64,000 bases of DNA from Amoebophrya sp. A120 (GCA_905178155.1 CAJINV010000001.1:13718664-13782663), one strand, 5' to 3'. Numbered from the stretch's first letter, positions 50,301 through 59,249 are shown. Notes: generated from the letters alone by a model not told the origin. Made by a program: numbers and translations.

Positions 50301-51605
50301 GTGCAGAAGTTTCCAGTCGTGAGCATGACTGCAGTGCCCGAGGACGCGCGGTTTCTCCGCGTCGTGAAGATGCAACTGCGCACGGAGAACCTGAGAAACG
50401 ATTACAGCATGCCTTGGGAAATGGTGTTGGTGCTCGCCGGCGTCGCACACACCTCGGGACGACAAGCAGACTTCGAGTCCCTGCTCCGTGCCCGACAGCG
50501 CAAGCGAATCGACGAAACCGGGCGAGGTTTGTTCATGGAGCTGCAAGAAGCAGTGACCTTGCGGGCAAGGCTCAAGAACTGGTCGGAAAGGCTGCCGGCA
50601 GCCGGAGCATTTGGATCGAAGAGAGGTTACAAGGAGGATTTCAAGCAGCTTGCGACCACGGCCCTGGAAGGCCTTGACCGAAATTTTGCCGAAGGTTGCA
50701 GGGTAGCGCGCAGACTCGCACGAGAGCTGGAGCTGGTGCCAAGCGTGAAGCGATTTCAGCCGCTCCGCGTAGCTGAGCAAGCCTACCGCCCCTTTGTGGC
50801 GCCCGACATGGACCAGCGGTTGCCCGTGGATCGTGTGCTCTGGAAGCGCAACGGACTCTTCTATTCCGGCACGGTTGGTGTCATGAAAAATCCGTGCAAG
50901 TTGCTGACCGGTTTTCAAAAGTACCGGGGCGTGAGCGAACGCGAGGTCAAGGAGTTGTTTCCACGTGGCGGGCCATCGTACGCTTTTGAGAATATCCTGA
51001 TCATGCCCGCCAAGGCCCGGAACGGTCGCTGGGTGTTTGATTTCCACGCGGGGATGGATGCCGACGGTGACGCACCGCTCGTTCTTGAAGATGAGGAGCT
51101 CTTGCGCTTGCTGACGCCCATTCTCGAGGAGTCCCAGCAAATACAGGAGCTGCAGCAAGTGGTGAAGGAAATAGATACTAGCCAGCTGCCGTCCGTCGTC
51201 GATTGCCGAAGAGCGTCCAGCTCGCGACAAGCGTTGTCTGAGGCTATTACAGCCGAAATCCACCGGGACGCAGGTGAGCAATGGCTTCCGCTTTGCGATA
51301 CCGCCTGGACGATCGCGGCAGATAGGCACGGGGTGCAGCATGCAGCAGCCGAGGCTTTTGGCTTTTTCTGCGGCTTGGCCGTCGACAAGAAGTTGCCGAA
51401 CTCTCTTGTCTGTGACTGGTTGAGTGCGAACAGATCGTATCAGCAATATTGGCCTGGAGGAACTCGAACTACGGAGTTGCGGCCTCGGTGGTATTTGGAG
51501 TACAAAGGTAACAAGCTTGCCTTTCGAGGCCACCAGTGTGACACAAGCGTGCTTCATCGTTTGTGGCAGTTTTCGGTGGACTTGGCAAAGGGCCTTGATC
51601 CATAG
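41400..51605 (+). CDS. ~3400-aa fusion: SMARCAL1/HARP-like SNF2 helicase + NRPS-like A-(TM)-T-C module + eukaryotic RNA-dependent RNA polymerase
   Basis: One stop-free frame. Helicase: LYPFQ, LLADDMGTGKT, VDEAH, LTGTP, QAEDRMHRIGQ. A domain: LAYTSGTRGAEK (44295), NTNDR...GRDNFRIKIQGEYVDL. Carrier: LHLDSL (Ser codon 46809). C-like: LHSVADP (47565). RdRP: SDGLGIMS, LQVRIANAKMG, VMKNPC, AGMDADGD (51057-51071). Confidence 0.85.
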   Translation: MKEIQLADVGKIKVVSGGGGRDTEVDQRSWPPIEDHDLITQRTGAQPLPNWMLDFHRSHKTQQRSSSGRSNGVAERLYAQLYPFQKAGVDFIVDRNFRCLLADDMGTGKTVQGLCSACFFRDRWPVLVLCPANALPVWFAEVKKWLPDVRLQQVKTGKDVLDAHADIVLITHDLAKSPNMQSQLQSRPGSGGGANPYQLVIVDEAHRAKNDTAKRSEALRDLSRKAFGALWLTGTPVENTAVEAFPSLANYYEKLPQNEFLQRYKGASKARLPLRTAELSALMKYCMLRRSKRDVLPDLPRKTREVVKQDFTRDCLGVAFVSGIGSGNSNSQQADEMEKGGESTMEKFRKAGEVKVPWIKERVKQMCKLSVKSKVKFLVFHHHEHVGNEVEASFKEAGTPYVRINGKTRTEDRQRLVERFQTDEAVRGAVLSITACGEAMTLTAANYALFAELYWKSTSLEQAEDRMHRIGQRNPVNITYLCARNTLDERIVDLLDKKEQLRTHVVDGRSQRFYDEMNAAVVVAPPCVSSEDQLQQELSNDSRSSSSTSTGRRFALTDEAESRTREDREQTHLLTQVTDSPRMPLVEEDRLSCQSSNSRRTTTREDHHPCEPLQQDEAGTDSRSLPPVDDSSGMYSEPWNHSTARPSCNSTTEQHQSSSRFETAPPALGAAVAEFRPTIDVRDGQCRAHSSHPPSSCTTTEGSGGLSSWLQRKFSSLSSPTCSPEALFSSSPALTTPTPTPAGTVLASSEGTTGPGVQHFTECRGGEMLRGNSSLSPNTRMFHELVDEVAHSEERRDQNFVEIFPDMQDAASPTSSSSRTGHITRTYQDVMQMSHLLAHALEDRLQSADTVHSCEAGAWLKIAVDVPVQSAFFLPLLAAISRIHATACFLTPRLGSHSADMNEKAKLRNFRTCEELRPQIQITEDFCRRFERYEEKGWYDFHQNRSSARASQDDRRLHSGVFCLAYTSGTRGAEKCVAITHDMIAHEFLYYPKLMQRLHQGHLPATEKIICGASMYWVASTLGQISMALALRGVCVFPGADTPECYLATCRDSGTTILGIAPATFQRYLAASGVGNDAKQLQKLFLPNLHTVIFWAEPLPKTLVLLLARTSLRVCDLLIATEYWLCLYADVLSVSGPEAQGFQLVDRQLAADVKVVLDVTEEGTIDTRFGVLHVCGGFVCPGYFDKLRGSIDATPPLWISATELRDRLRNVDGTKPCEQDESGFFFNTNDRVEILPSGYLRFCGRDNFRIKIQGEYVDLMAVRERIAEQVGADSVSRSVDLLKLDNQYHFFVAELSSGPGAGQASCGASINNYCLDASSLVGKVLREIPRDQDDRMCVHFRSTLLERNADGTKLCQKTARAAIQSEKARQATFFPMAEPWTRRNLKNHGARLAKTWLRGKLCGLVLLLYLTVHINGAFLFLSQSLPTVAVLMIFLGVHAYGDFRVSLVVLSALTLAGLIPSRLDDVAAYLEERSDGIGPPLFCAATHVVSRGVALWMVLPLLHRFALHCNWTEDTDLYVRPRPPFRERLLGVVLRLPFFVAHKRFVGGIFDTTRSERVWNPHCFNEVLWAAGSLCFVFELLLRVVILQHLPLVLGPYASLATSCLDFVLLLYAIVYLWRKNDGYTQLFWNGLAMELAANNSAGSFVLLLLQPENKEQRRARTREDAKSRDQSRTTTINTDKTGTGTGQDASTKLEHENPQAGDYQEVASDAHRFEEYYLENEAWGRVLHTTRRREQIHNFLELTQPLVESRSGSQLYGDVVSGPGLPLSGSEREMLLQITDILQHHLQCAEDAEPCTSLLHLDSLARTQLLHQLQVRTQRKISTVQLQKCDTVGDLVRCLSGASPAEEECGLSFSSSGPLTASTSPGGDSEASSVTTEKDALLEHRVWFSANHCRPMGSSYYELLGEQPLEIDPDRVCRAMHAVVSKHPLLRTTLDAGTAYLRFIADSASLHDTLQVHQSRGSSGWFDHWPGLRVHEADHLYPHDALRKACCTWYEVSIGDREPFLRGLDGKAAADCPALPRPVFCPKLRTPLRIAFVRIEDRPGSFRRFVFFSALHSVADPASMQAIAADFFGYYNAQNPPVLAPRSSLGSVDRAGHILEARLRDTLVSRDQSRLTSTTTNVHEKGTTRASLRGHHALNANKKWNCISFSRTIEIRGEALRAVYRLATLYQVPVDRLMFGLSVAAQRRASNSSGPLTYTLYVPMRDEADCVGAVGLFVDFRDLTLFQSDTLLGLIREVDEKIKNRDWSVHRAELLPETTVVNWELRDRSGVLGRTGSSSAVQVSGARPGKHDLVASPRTWFELWGTNEEQDRAVRSGSQRVRTFHWNTQENAKIKFTECTKDVWRVRMSVSENYLAQIAKNLKPTEQRMPGLWHRRFQNSFDKAIEGLMFSPLQQVLKPFGEHAQGILCPWEAPDLAENSLWRRFREYEGTLSERTSENAATTEHLLRRTSAKILHGDEDSSGVLSSPSDSSRSGAAAPGAGRFVLSSKWHDDEPASGTTTNHHQVAGSRSSTSDDPFRGGRSHAEDASGRGSGAETRTGFHVPNNDHAFSQHEHETGDSSLFLLSTSRSFFPASDDDDERLPSSLTVSRSRSDSFHLDDIWGSSMLSSPSTNMAAPTQFTDSLLDLTGCWRAAEDADRHGMRSGSRYQNFVEAVLQEASAPVSDTQKARLKSAQPGAVLYYMDRVGHESWTPLLTSLSHMSDGGHSATTPLMSVRPLRASFCGKNKRRHLLAMLGTERFLVVPLEANQLDKAALSFEFNQWRYVQCGSLDVDQQKPPPYVVDGLSKRGASSSAAVFAERNKVIPFTSERSSAGGSRHRSPAGTSRAVANVLFFAESGPGLDPLSIDELFAKVFFHYRAVDFLNEHGKLVSRMRLNLSEAAYSAKAIPANCLRNGKDDLRAADRYDGSVLCSDGLGIMSLALARHVLGAKHADEISFLQVRIANAKMGVLVDVHDTNDLWINLPESVQKFPVVSMTAVPEDARFLRVVKMQLRTENLRNDYSMPWEMVLVLAGVAHTSGRQADFESLLRARQRKRIDETGRGLFMELQEAVTLRARLKNWSERLPAAGAFGSKRGYKEDFKQLATTALEGLDRNFAEGCRVARRLARELELVPSVKRFQPLRVAEQAYRPFVAPDMDQRLPVDRVLWKRNGLFYSGTVGVMKNPCKLLTGFQKYRGVSEREVKELFPRGGPSYAFENILIMPAKARNGRWVFDFHAGMDADGDAPLVLEDEELLRLLTPILEESQQIQELQQVVKEIDTSQLPSVVDCRRASSSRQALSEAITAEIHRDAGEQWLPLCDTAWTIAADRHGVQHAAAEAFGFFCGLAVDKKLPNSLVCDWLSANRSYQQYWPGGTRTTELRPRWYLEYKGNKLAFRGHQCDTSVLHRLWQFSVDLAKGLDP

Positions 51606-52079
51606 CACCCGCTTTGGTAAAAGATTGTGAAACAACTTCTCTGGTGTTGTGCGTTTATGCGCGATCTTTTTTCATTTTTATATCCGTGTCCCTCAGAAGT
51701 GGTGATTCCCATTCATTGCAGTTGACGAAATTTTTTCAACACATGCTGACGTTTTGTTTCTCAGGAAGCAACGCAATCAAAAGCAGCCTGTTGTGCAACA
51801 TGTGATTTTCGTCGTGGATGACCATCGGCTGGAAGTAGGAAGCGGTCTTTGTTGATTCCGGTGTTTATTCGCTCAAAGAGATCATGTGCGTGTTTTTAGC
51901 GAAAAGATCATCAAACTTACTTGCATTGAGCGTCTCTTTTTTTTGCAGACTACTCTCGTGAGGAACTCACATGATGTACACGTAAAAAGAGTGAGGCGAA
52001 AAAGGTTCTGAAACCTCCGCACGAGGCATGATCTGAGAGCATCATTAGACGGTGTTTGGTGTTTTCTTGTAGAACAAAA

Positions 52080-53015
52080 ATGAGTGCAGACCTCCCAGAT
52101 GTGCTTCGCCCTCCGCAACATCAAGGCACAGAGGCCACAGCGCGCCAAGTAATTCGAGTCCTTTGTTTGCACCCGAAGAACAGCAACAGTGTCTTGTTCA
52201 AACAAGAATTGGAGGTCGTGCGCACGACGGTTGAAAAAAACACTTTACATCAAGCGTTTGTTTTTGAGTGGGTGTTCCTTGACGCGCCAAACCTGCTTGC
52301 TCCCCACAAGGACCCCGAGGGACGGGTGTGGTGGCAGCTCGCAGACGGTGCCAGGTCGTTCACCGCGGAGGCCTACTTTGGAGATGACAAGTCCTTGGAC
52401 GTTGTAGAGAGTACCATAAAGAACGTCGACCTCCGGCCGAAAAACTACTCCGCCGAGGGTCAAGAGCATGGTGAAGGCCACGACGCACCTACAGCTACCG
52501 GTATCCTAGGTTTCAGCCAGGGCGCCATGATGGGAGCCATCGCGGCGGCGCGCAATCCGGACCAGATAAGATTCGCGGTACTTTTTGGCGCCGCGGTGCC
52601 AAAGCCGTACGAAAAAGTTCTCGAAGATTTCGGAAAAAACAGCAGTACTGCCCGCCCGGATGTTCTTTCGGTGCTCAGCCGGGAGGATTCCGTGAATCCC
52701 CCTGACATGGGGAAATGGGTCGGCGACTGTCTGAACCCGGAATCTGCGACGGTCTTGTGGCATGGCGAAGGCCACCAGATTCCAAAAGACCCGGAAAAAC
52801 TCGAGGAAATCGCAGGTTGGATCGCAAATCGTGTTGTCATTGTTGGTACAGAAGCACCAGGAAAAGCAGAAGCAACATCGTCTAGATTTTTGGGTCTCGT
52901 TCCAGTTGCTGGAACCAAGTCTGTTCTTTGTTGCTGGGACAGCAAAATCTTCAGTGCGCAAAATTTACATGATGCACGAATTCGTTGCTTATTTGCTGCT
53001 CCTCCCTGTCCTTGA
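52080..53015 (+). CDS. FSH1/OVCA2/LovG-family serine hydrolase
   Basis: RVLCLH, VFLDAP, RVWW, GILGFSQGA (nucleophile), EDSVNP and WHGEGHQIP give a Ser-Asp-His triad pattern. Confidence 0.88.
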   Translation: MSADLPDVLRPPQHQGTEATARQVIRVLCLHPKNSNSVLFKQELEVVRTTVEKNTLHQAFVFEWVFLDAPNLLAPHKDPEGRVWWQLADGARSFTAEAYFGDDKSLDVVESTIKNVDLRPKNYSAEGQEHGEGHDAPTATGILGFSQGAMMGAIAAARNPDQIRFAVLFGAAVPKPYEKVLEDFGKNSSTARPDVLSVLSREDSVNPPDMGKWVGDCLNPESATVLWHGEGHQIPKDPEKLEEIAGWIANRVVIVGTEAPGKAEATSSRFLGLVPVAGTKSVLCCWDSKIFSAQNLHDARIRCLFAAPPCP

Positions 53016-54606
53016 CGGCAACGAGTCGTTCGCTCTGGACACCACTTGTCACCGTAAGAACCTATGTAGGTAGGGACGTGAAAAAATACGGACGTAATGG
53101 CAATGACGAATCGTCAATACTAGTCACTGCTCTTCGGTCGTGGAATTGTCTCCGTCGGTCACTGGAGAATCTTGCAACAGAGCTCTCGGCGTGTAACAAG
53201 TACGTGAAGCAATCAAGAATGTAGTATCCTGTATCGTAACGTAGACGTGCGATGAAATCAACTTTTTGTGTGACAGCAAAGAAAAATCACGACTTTGCGA
53301 ATTCGTTTTGATCGTCGCACTTCGTGGATATGTACAGGCTCCACTCAATCAACGTCATCGTATTGTATTTATTTTCATTCGTTCTTCGACGGTGATGTAC
53401 AAAAGTCGAAGATCAACAGAATGAAAAAACGGTTGACAGTTTTTTTTGTGAATGTGCTATCGATAACGATATCGCTCACGTGGTAGTTGGTGTAGTAAGC
53501 AGCGAGAGCCACAGCTATTGCGCTGCGTCAACTCTAACAAGAACTCTACCTTCATTGAGTAAGCTGCAGAACATAGTAAACCATGACAGCTGCTGCGAGC
53601 GTCCAGCAGGGCACTGTTGCTAACGACGAGATAAAACAACAGGACGCCAACATGGACCACCCTCACGACCAGGCCAACCCTTTTGCAGGGTACTCGCCGC
53701 GCACGCTGCGCAAGATGGACACAGAAACGTACGCCGCCGACGGCAGCACGCTACTTGAAGCTGCAGCAGAGGCAGAAGTAGGGGTGGGCGAGGACAAGGA
53801 GAACATAATATGTAGTGAGGTCACCGAACGGTTCTAACCGGGGAGTTTTTTTGCCATATACCCTGAAAAACGACCGGCAGTTTTCAAGCGGCCGACGACC
53901 CTTTTTGACATAAAGAATTTCCAATTACTCAGCGGCCGGGGCTTTGATATCAAACAAGCCCGGTCGAAAACTATCGACTCGCACTTGATAAAACGACGCA
54001 GGGGAGCCGGCAAAAGGGGCGCCCTTCTGAGGCGCCCGCCGCCTTAGTTTCTGGCGATTTGGGGCGCCCAAAAAGGGGCGCGCAAAAAACGCGCCCAAAA
54101 TCAGAACAGCGAAACAGCATGGCACGGCCGCGATTTCGGAGCATCTTGGGCGGCCGCGAAAGCGGCCGCCTTTTTGCCGGTTTTAGAGCCTGGGAAGCTT
54201 TGCAAAAAGCGCCGGCGTGAAAAATAAAAACGCGAAAAATAAAAAACGCCCCAGACGCGCAAAGCCAATCCGCATGCTATGGGCCCGGTTTTTCTTCGCT
54301 TTTTGGGCGCCCCCCGTGGCACCCGGATCGGCCCCATAGCATCGGGGCTGGCTTTCGGAAAGGAATTTTGGAAATGTGCCAAAATTTGTGACGTTTCCCA
54401 AGTGGCCGCCATACCGTGCGGCATAACGTTACTCGCGGCGGTATGGCGAGCCCAAAAAAAGCAAAGCCGCGGCCAAGGCGGCGGTCGGCAAAAAAACGCC
54501 CACGACCTCACTACCCCCGCCCCGGCGGCTATATTTGGTAAAGAACAGTGCGGCACCTCCTGCGACCCTAGTATCAAGATCACCGAAGGAAGAAGTGAGT
54601 CTTTTC

Positions 54607-56053
54607 ATGGTGCAGCCGGCGAGCGACTTCGTGCAACCCGTGAGCGCGAGCAGGCTGAAGCTTTTCCAGTCTTTTGAAGATTTCAACGCGGACCGAGCCG
54701 AAGTTTTGCATTCGAAGTCGGTGCTGAACTGCTTTCTGGAGGGCGGATGCCGGATGGTCGAGCAGAAACGCATTTCCGAGGGCACCACGCCCTGGGAGCC
54801 CAGGTTTGGCTCGGGGTACTACCAGCCAAAACCAAAACTGTCCGAGGCTGCGCTGTCCTCGCGTAGTTGGATCTTTGGAAGATCAGGTACTGCATCTAGA
54901 ATCAATGGTTTCACTTTTTCTTTCGTAGAATGGTCTGAAGATGCTTTTCCTTTTCTCTCTTTTTGTGTTTGTGAAAAAAATAGCTTCCAGAAGATAAAAA
55001 TCCACCCCACACGACGACACAGGCGGCTCCCTATCCCCCCGTTCGACGCGGGTTCGCGGATTTGGCGGGCCGTACGGCATGTGGTACCACGAACGGGCAG
55101 CCCTTGAGGGCAAAGACGTGGCGGAACAAGAGGCGGTACCAGCGGAGGCGGCCCCACCAGCGCCCGCTGCGCCCGAAGAAGAAGCCTCCCCCGCGGCAAA
55201 AAAGGCGGAGGCGCTGGCCGCGAAACTCAAGGTCGTCACGGTGGAAGAGCCGGAGGGGCAAAAGGGAGACACGAAGGAGAAGAAACAGTTTGCGTCCGTG
55301 ATGGACGATCTGGTCATGCCCGACAAGGGGGTCATGAGCCCGCTGCAGAAGGTGCGGGCGCCCATCCCGGAAATGTACTCGTACAAGGACCCGGCGGACC
55401 GGCCGATGCTGGTAAACCCGAGCGTGGAGACGCTCGCGCACATCGGCACCCGCATGCCCATTCTCACGCAGGACAACATCGACATGAAGTTTCTGCGCTC
55501 CCGCGTGGTCGCAAACGTGCACCGAAACCACGAAATTATCCGAGAAATGCAACGGACGGACAAGGTATAAACACTTGAGTCTGAGCACAAGCAGCCATAT
55601 TGGCCTGGTGTCAGTTTACACAAAGTATGTTGGTCATCAAAGATGAATGATTTTTATAGTACCCCTGCGGGGGGCAGCGGGTTTTTAGGCATCCCCGCCG
55701 GTATAGGCGTGATTTTAATGTCATTGACATCACAGCGGGAGCAGCGGGTTCTTCGTCTGTATACCGACGTGGTGAAGCGCAGCGACCGGGACGACGCGGC
55801 CGCGGGACAGCGGAAGGACCGGTTTGGTTTCATGGGCGAGTCCAAGCGGCACAAGGTGCAGGAGGCGTCCCGCGCGGCGCATATTTCGATCCGGAAAAAC
55901 CTGTCGCAGGCGACCGGCACGTTGGACGCCTCCGTGAAGGAACTCGAGCGCATCAAGAGGCGCGACGAGATTGCGAAGCGCAAGGCCAGCGGACAAAAAG
56001 AGGAAGACAAAGAGGAGAAGGGATTCGGGCAACTCATGTCGTTCTTCGCTTAG
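54607..56053 (+). CDS. Hypothetical protein, 3 exons
   Basis: GT-AG introns 54863-55022 and 55565-55735 join three ORFs in frame (...SSRGSLSPR...MWYHE...RTDK-REQRVL...). Confidence 0.65.
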
Positions 56054-56871
56054 AAATTGCTAGTGTCTACTGGGTCTGCTCCGACTGACTCTCTTACCTT
56101 ATTTCACATACACGCTTGCAGAAGCTTCCAAGAATTGTGTTGCATTTTTGCTGTATTGATACACATACAACTAGATTATGTTGCCCGACGTCAAAGTATT
56201 CCCGGTGATGTACCCAATAATAATGGTCTGCCTAGTTGATTGGGAAGCCGCCTCGACGTTTCATATCATGAATATTGCATGGAAACAGCTCGCTGTGGTG
56301 CGATTCGTTTATCCCATCCTGATTAGCTACGGCAGATTGTACCTGCTCTTTACAAACTCACCACACATTCTTTCAGATCAGCAAGTCATATCATTCCAAA
56401 GTTACCAAAGTTACACACACGGATTTTCAGAGTTAAACAGAATTGCATGCGTTTTCAGTTTCTGACCAAACAGATTCAGACGTTTTTTAACCCGGGTTCT
56501 TACAACAAGTATAAGTAACACTGTACAATACCACTTTGTGCCACAGAGGCAACTAACTCCCAAATTGTATCTACTCCTTGGAAACAAACCGCACGACGCT
56601 GCTAAATCAAAGTATGTCATCTGACTTGCTTCTGCAACCCGATCCCGACGGCGAGTTTCCATCTGTGCTTTTGCAGTATGATGAAACGCGGTGCTGTTCT
56701 ATTTCAGAGTATGCCCTTTTCATCGTTTCGATTGTTGCTTTGATCCACTACTAGGTGATCTGGTGAGCAACAGCCCTATATTATGCTTCGCACGCAACGC
56801 AGACGTAGCTCTATGCGGTGCACGACAACGAAATCGAAGATGACTCACAATCTATTTGTCAAAAAGTAATC

Positions 56872-57504
56872 ATGCTGAACGTAAGCGAGCACTTCCTCGA
56901 GGAGGTCCGCGTTGCCTTAGCCTATGTGAAGGAATCCGCGCGCGTGATTCTGCACACGATTCTCGTGCAACGGTCCATCGGAGGCCAGCAGGCGGTGGAC
57001 GTGCGGACGGTGTGGTCCGAGCAGCTGGAACTCGCGTACTGCAGGCTAGAGGACCTGGAGCTGCAGGATCTGGTGGAAACGAAAGTTAAGGAGTTTGTGG
57101 ACATGTTCGAGAAGAATCAGAACCAGAAGCGCAGCGGGTGTCTCAGCCTCCACTTCTACACGACAAAAAGCAAGAAGGCCAGCGTGTGGAATCTGCTCCT
57201 GGGCCAGGAAGAAAAGATCGTCTTCGAAACCTGGCGCATACCACTAACACTGCAAAACCTTCGACGTTACACCCACCCGGAAGACGAGCTGCTGCAGGAA
57301 GCAAACTTGCAGCGGACCGCCGCGCAGTACGTCCGGCTCACGGTTGAAGAGTGCGTGCGGAAAGTGATGACCAGTAACATGGACCACTTGCCGCCCCCAC
57401 CACAGCATCTGCCGGTCTATCGATTTGAAATCGCGTTTGACTCAGGTGCTCCATTCTCACCACGGGCTTTTTCTCAGGCAATCAAGATTCCCTACATAAG
57501 TTGA
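56872..57504 (+). CDS. ATG101: Autophagy-related protein 101
   Basis: VKESARVILHTILVQRSIG, LELAYCRLED, LSLHFY and EEKIVFETWRI match the ATG101 HORMA family pattern. Confidence 0.85.
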   Translation: MLNVSEHFLEEVRVALAYVKESARVILHTILVQRSIGGQQAVDVRTVWSEQLELAYCRLEDLELQDLVETKVKEFVDMFEKNQNQKRSGCLSLHFYTTKSKKASVWNLLLGQEEKIVFETWRIPLTLQNLRRYTHPEDELLQEANLQRTAAQYVRLTVEECVRKVMTSNMDHLPPPPQHLPVYRFEIAFDSGAPFSPRAFSQAIKIPYIS

Positions 57505-57803
57505 AGAGAACGATGCTCATGCTTTATTTCTTGCGCAATGTCGAACACTCCCCGCAGAAGTAGGGATCGCGCTCGTTGCTGAAGGCAGTATCGTGTGTTG
57601 GACCAACGTCAGAGGCCGCTTCGCCGTCTTGATTATCATGTTTGAGGACCATCAAGCAGGTCGTTGGGCTCTTGTTCGATCGACAGCCTCTCCAGAGTTT
57701 CAGAGATTGGTAAATATTGTGCTTCGTGGGACTGTGCTTGGTGTCGTCGTGAACCGAGTAAATTTCTTAGAGTATGAGATCATATTCTCAGCAGAAAATC
57801 AAA

Positions 57804-58802
57804 ATGGTTCCAAGGAGCACTTTGCTGGTTTTTCTGCTGGTTTACTTTCTCGCTTTGATGCGAGCACGTGGAAGAGACGAGGATGGGGAAAGTGCGAGTG
57901 AAACTACTGATAGCAAAAAACAGGCCGACAGCACGAATGATGGTGAGGAAAACACTGCTTCCCAGGAAGAGGAAAAGAAAGACGACGACGCAGAGAGTGG
58001 CGCGAAGGAGAAGTCCGACACAACAAATACGGATGAAGGGCAAGAAAGCAATAGCAAAGGAGGCGGAAGCAGTACTGGTGCAAGCGAGCAGAAAAACGAA
58101 GAACAGAAAACAGATAAAGGCAACGAACAGGACGCCACCGGGAAGCCAGCCGAAGGCGATGATTCTGGTGATGCAAAACCACGCAAAGATGATACAGAGG
58201 GACTACAGATGAAAGGTGAGGATAAGCAGGAATCTGAAGACGAAAAAGCACCGGCCCAAGAGACGAGCAGCAGTGGAGATATCGACAATGCACCAGCGCC
58301 AAAAAAAGAACCTGCGGATGACGACGATACTCTCACAACGACACCCGAACCCAGTAGCACCTCTGAGACCACCAGTACCACGCCTGCTGCTGGAGCGGAC
58401 GATGAACGTGCAGCGGTGCCTGACAGCCCAGAACCAAGTGCAACTGCTGCGGCAGGAGACAACACCGGCGCCAGTGAAACTACCTCGATCGGAAAGTCCC
58501 GCTCCGCTCGGATACTTGATCGCGCGCACGCTGTGGAGAGTCAAGCGAAAAATTTAAGGAATGCGATGCTGAGCAAAGACCTTGGTCAGTTCAACACCGC
58601 ATTCGAGGGGTTGCGCCGGGAATTTTCCAAGCAAAGTCAAGCAATCACGGAAACTAAGGAAACGTACAAAACAAAAAACGCGGACGCAACTACCGAGATG
58701 CGCAAACTTCGAGATTCGGTCACGAAGGGCATAGAAGAGGTTCGAACTGTCATGCAGAAAGCCATGAATGACCTCGCTGAAAAACAAATGGCAGCTGGAT
58801 AA
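57804..58802 (+). CDS. Secreted acidic low-complexity protein with C-terminal coiled coil
   Basis: Signal peptide MVPRSTLLVFLLVYFLALMRARG, D/E/S/T-rich body, heptad-like C-terminus. Confidence 0.75.
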   Translation: MVPRSTLLVFLLVYFLALMRARGRDEDGESASETTDSKKQADSTNDGEENTASQEEEKKDDDAESGAKEKSDTTNTDEGQESNSKGGGSSTGASEQKNEEQKTDKGNEQDATGKPAEGDDSGDAKPRKDDTEGLQMKGEDKQESEDEKAPAQETSSSGDIDNAPAPKKEPADDDDTLTTTPEPSSTSETTSTTPAAGADDERAAVPDSPEPSATAAAGDNTGASETTSIGKSRSARILDRAHAVESQAKNLRNAMLSKDLGQFNTAFEGLRREFSKQSQAITETKETYKTKNADATTEMRKLRDSVTKGIEEVRTVMQKAMNDLAEKQMAAG

Positions 58803-59249
58803 GTAGGCATACCACGAAAGTGTATAGCAATCGTGGATCCCAGTTTTGAGCTCAAACCCGTAAATGAAAAGGGGAAAAAAACGAAAGCCTGCCGTTCGGC
58901 GTGTTCGCAAAAGTAAAAGATAGAAATTCTGATCTGGAAATCGCGATCCTGGTTGAAAATCTTGATTACACACGTAAATAGGTACGCGATCTCTACTGAA
59001 GTAAAGTTTTTCGAGACGCCCGATCCGCATTGGCGGCCAAGATGATTTGCAAACCGTTTGGCGCAAGTGATCAAATTTTTTGATTTTTGTATACATCCGA
59101 AGCAGACCAGGACCAGGACGGGTGTGGAGTCATTTCTTTTTCCATGGTGATGATGTTTTTGCTTGCGCGAACCCTTTTCTACTACTGAGCAAGAAGAAGT
59201 AAAACAGAGGTACAATCAGTTGTGTCAGCTTCAAGTAGAAAACAGCGCC

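Noticed and set aside
49560-51605. Possible endogenous RNA virus polymerase
   Set aside because: Motifs are of the cellular DxDGD two-barrel RdRP type, not the viral palm GDD type; no capsid or other viral genes seen.
41400-51605. Hidden introners or introns within the giant fusion ORF
   Set aside because: A visual scan of TATC starts found no TIR/TSD pair; in-frame introns cannot be excluded without RNA data.
50208-51635. 475-aa minus-strand ORF, and similar long antisense ORFs at 38871-40136, 24843-25955 and 22232-23221
   Set aside because: Shadow ORFs opposite GC-rich genes with strong codon bias; no recognisable motifs.
53583-53837. 84-aa acidic ORF
   Set aside because: Short, with no motif; may be a truncated gene but evidence is insufficient.
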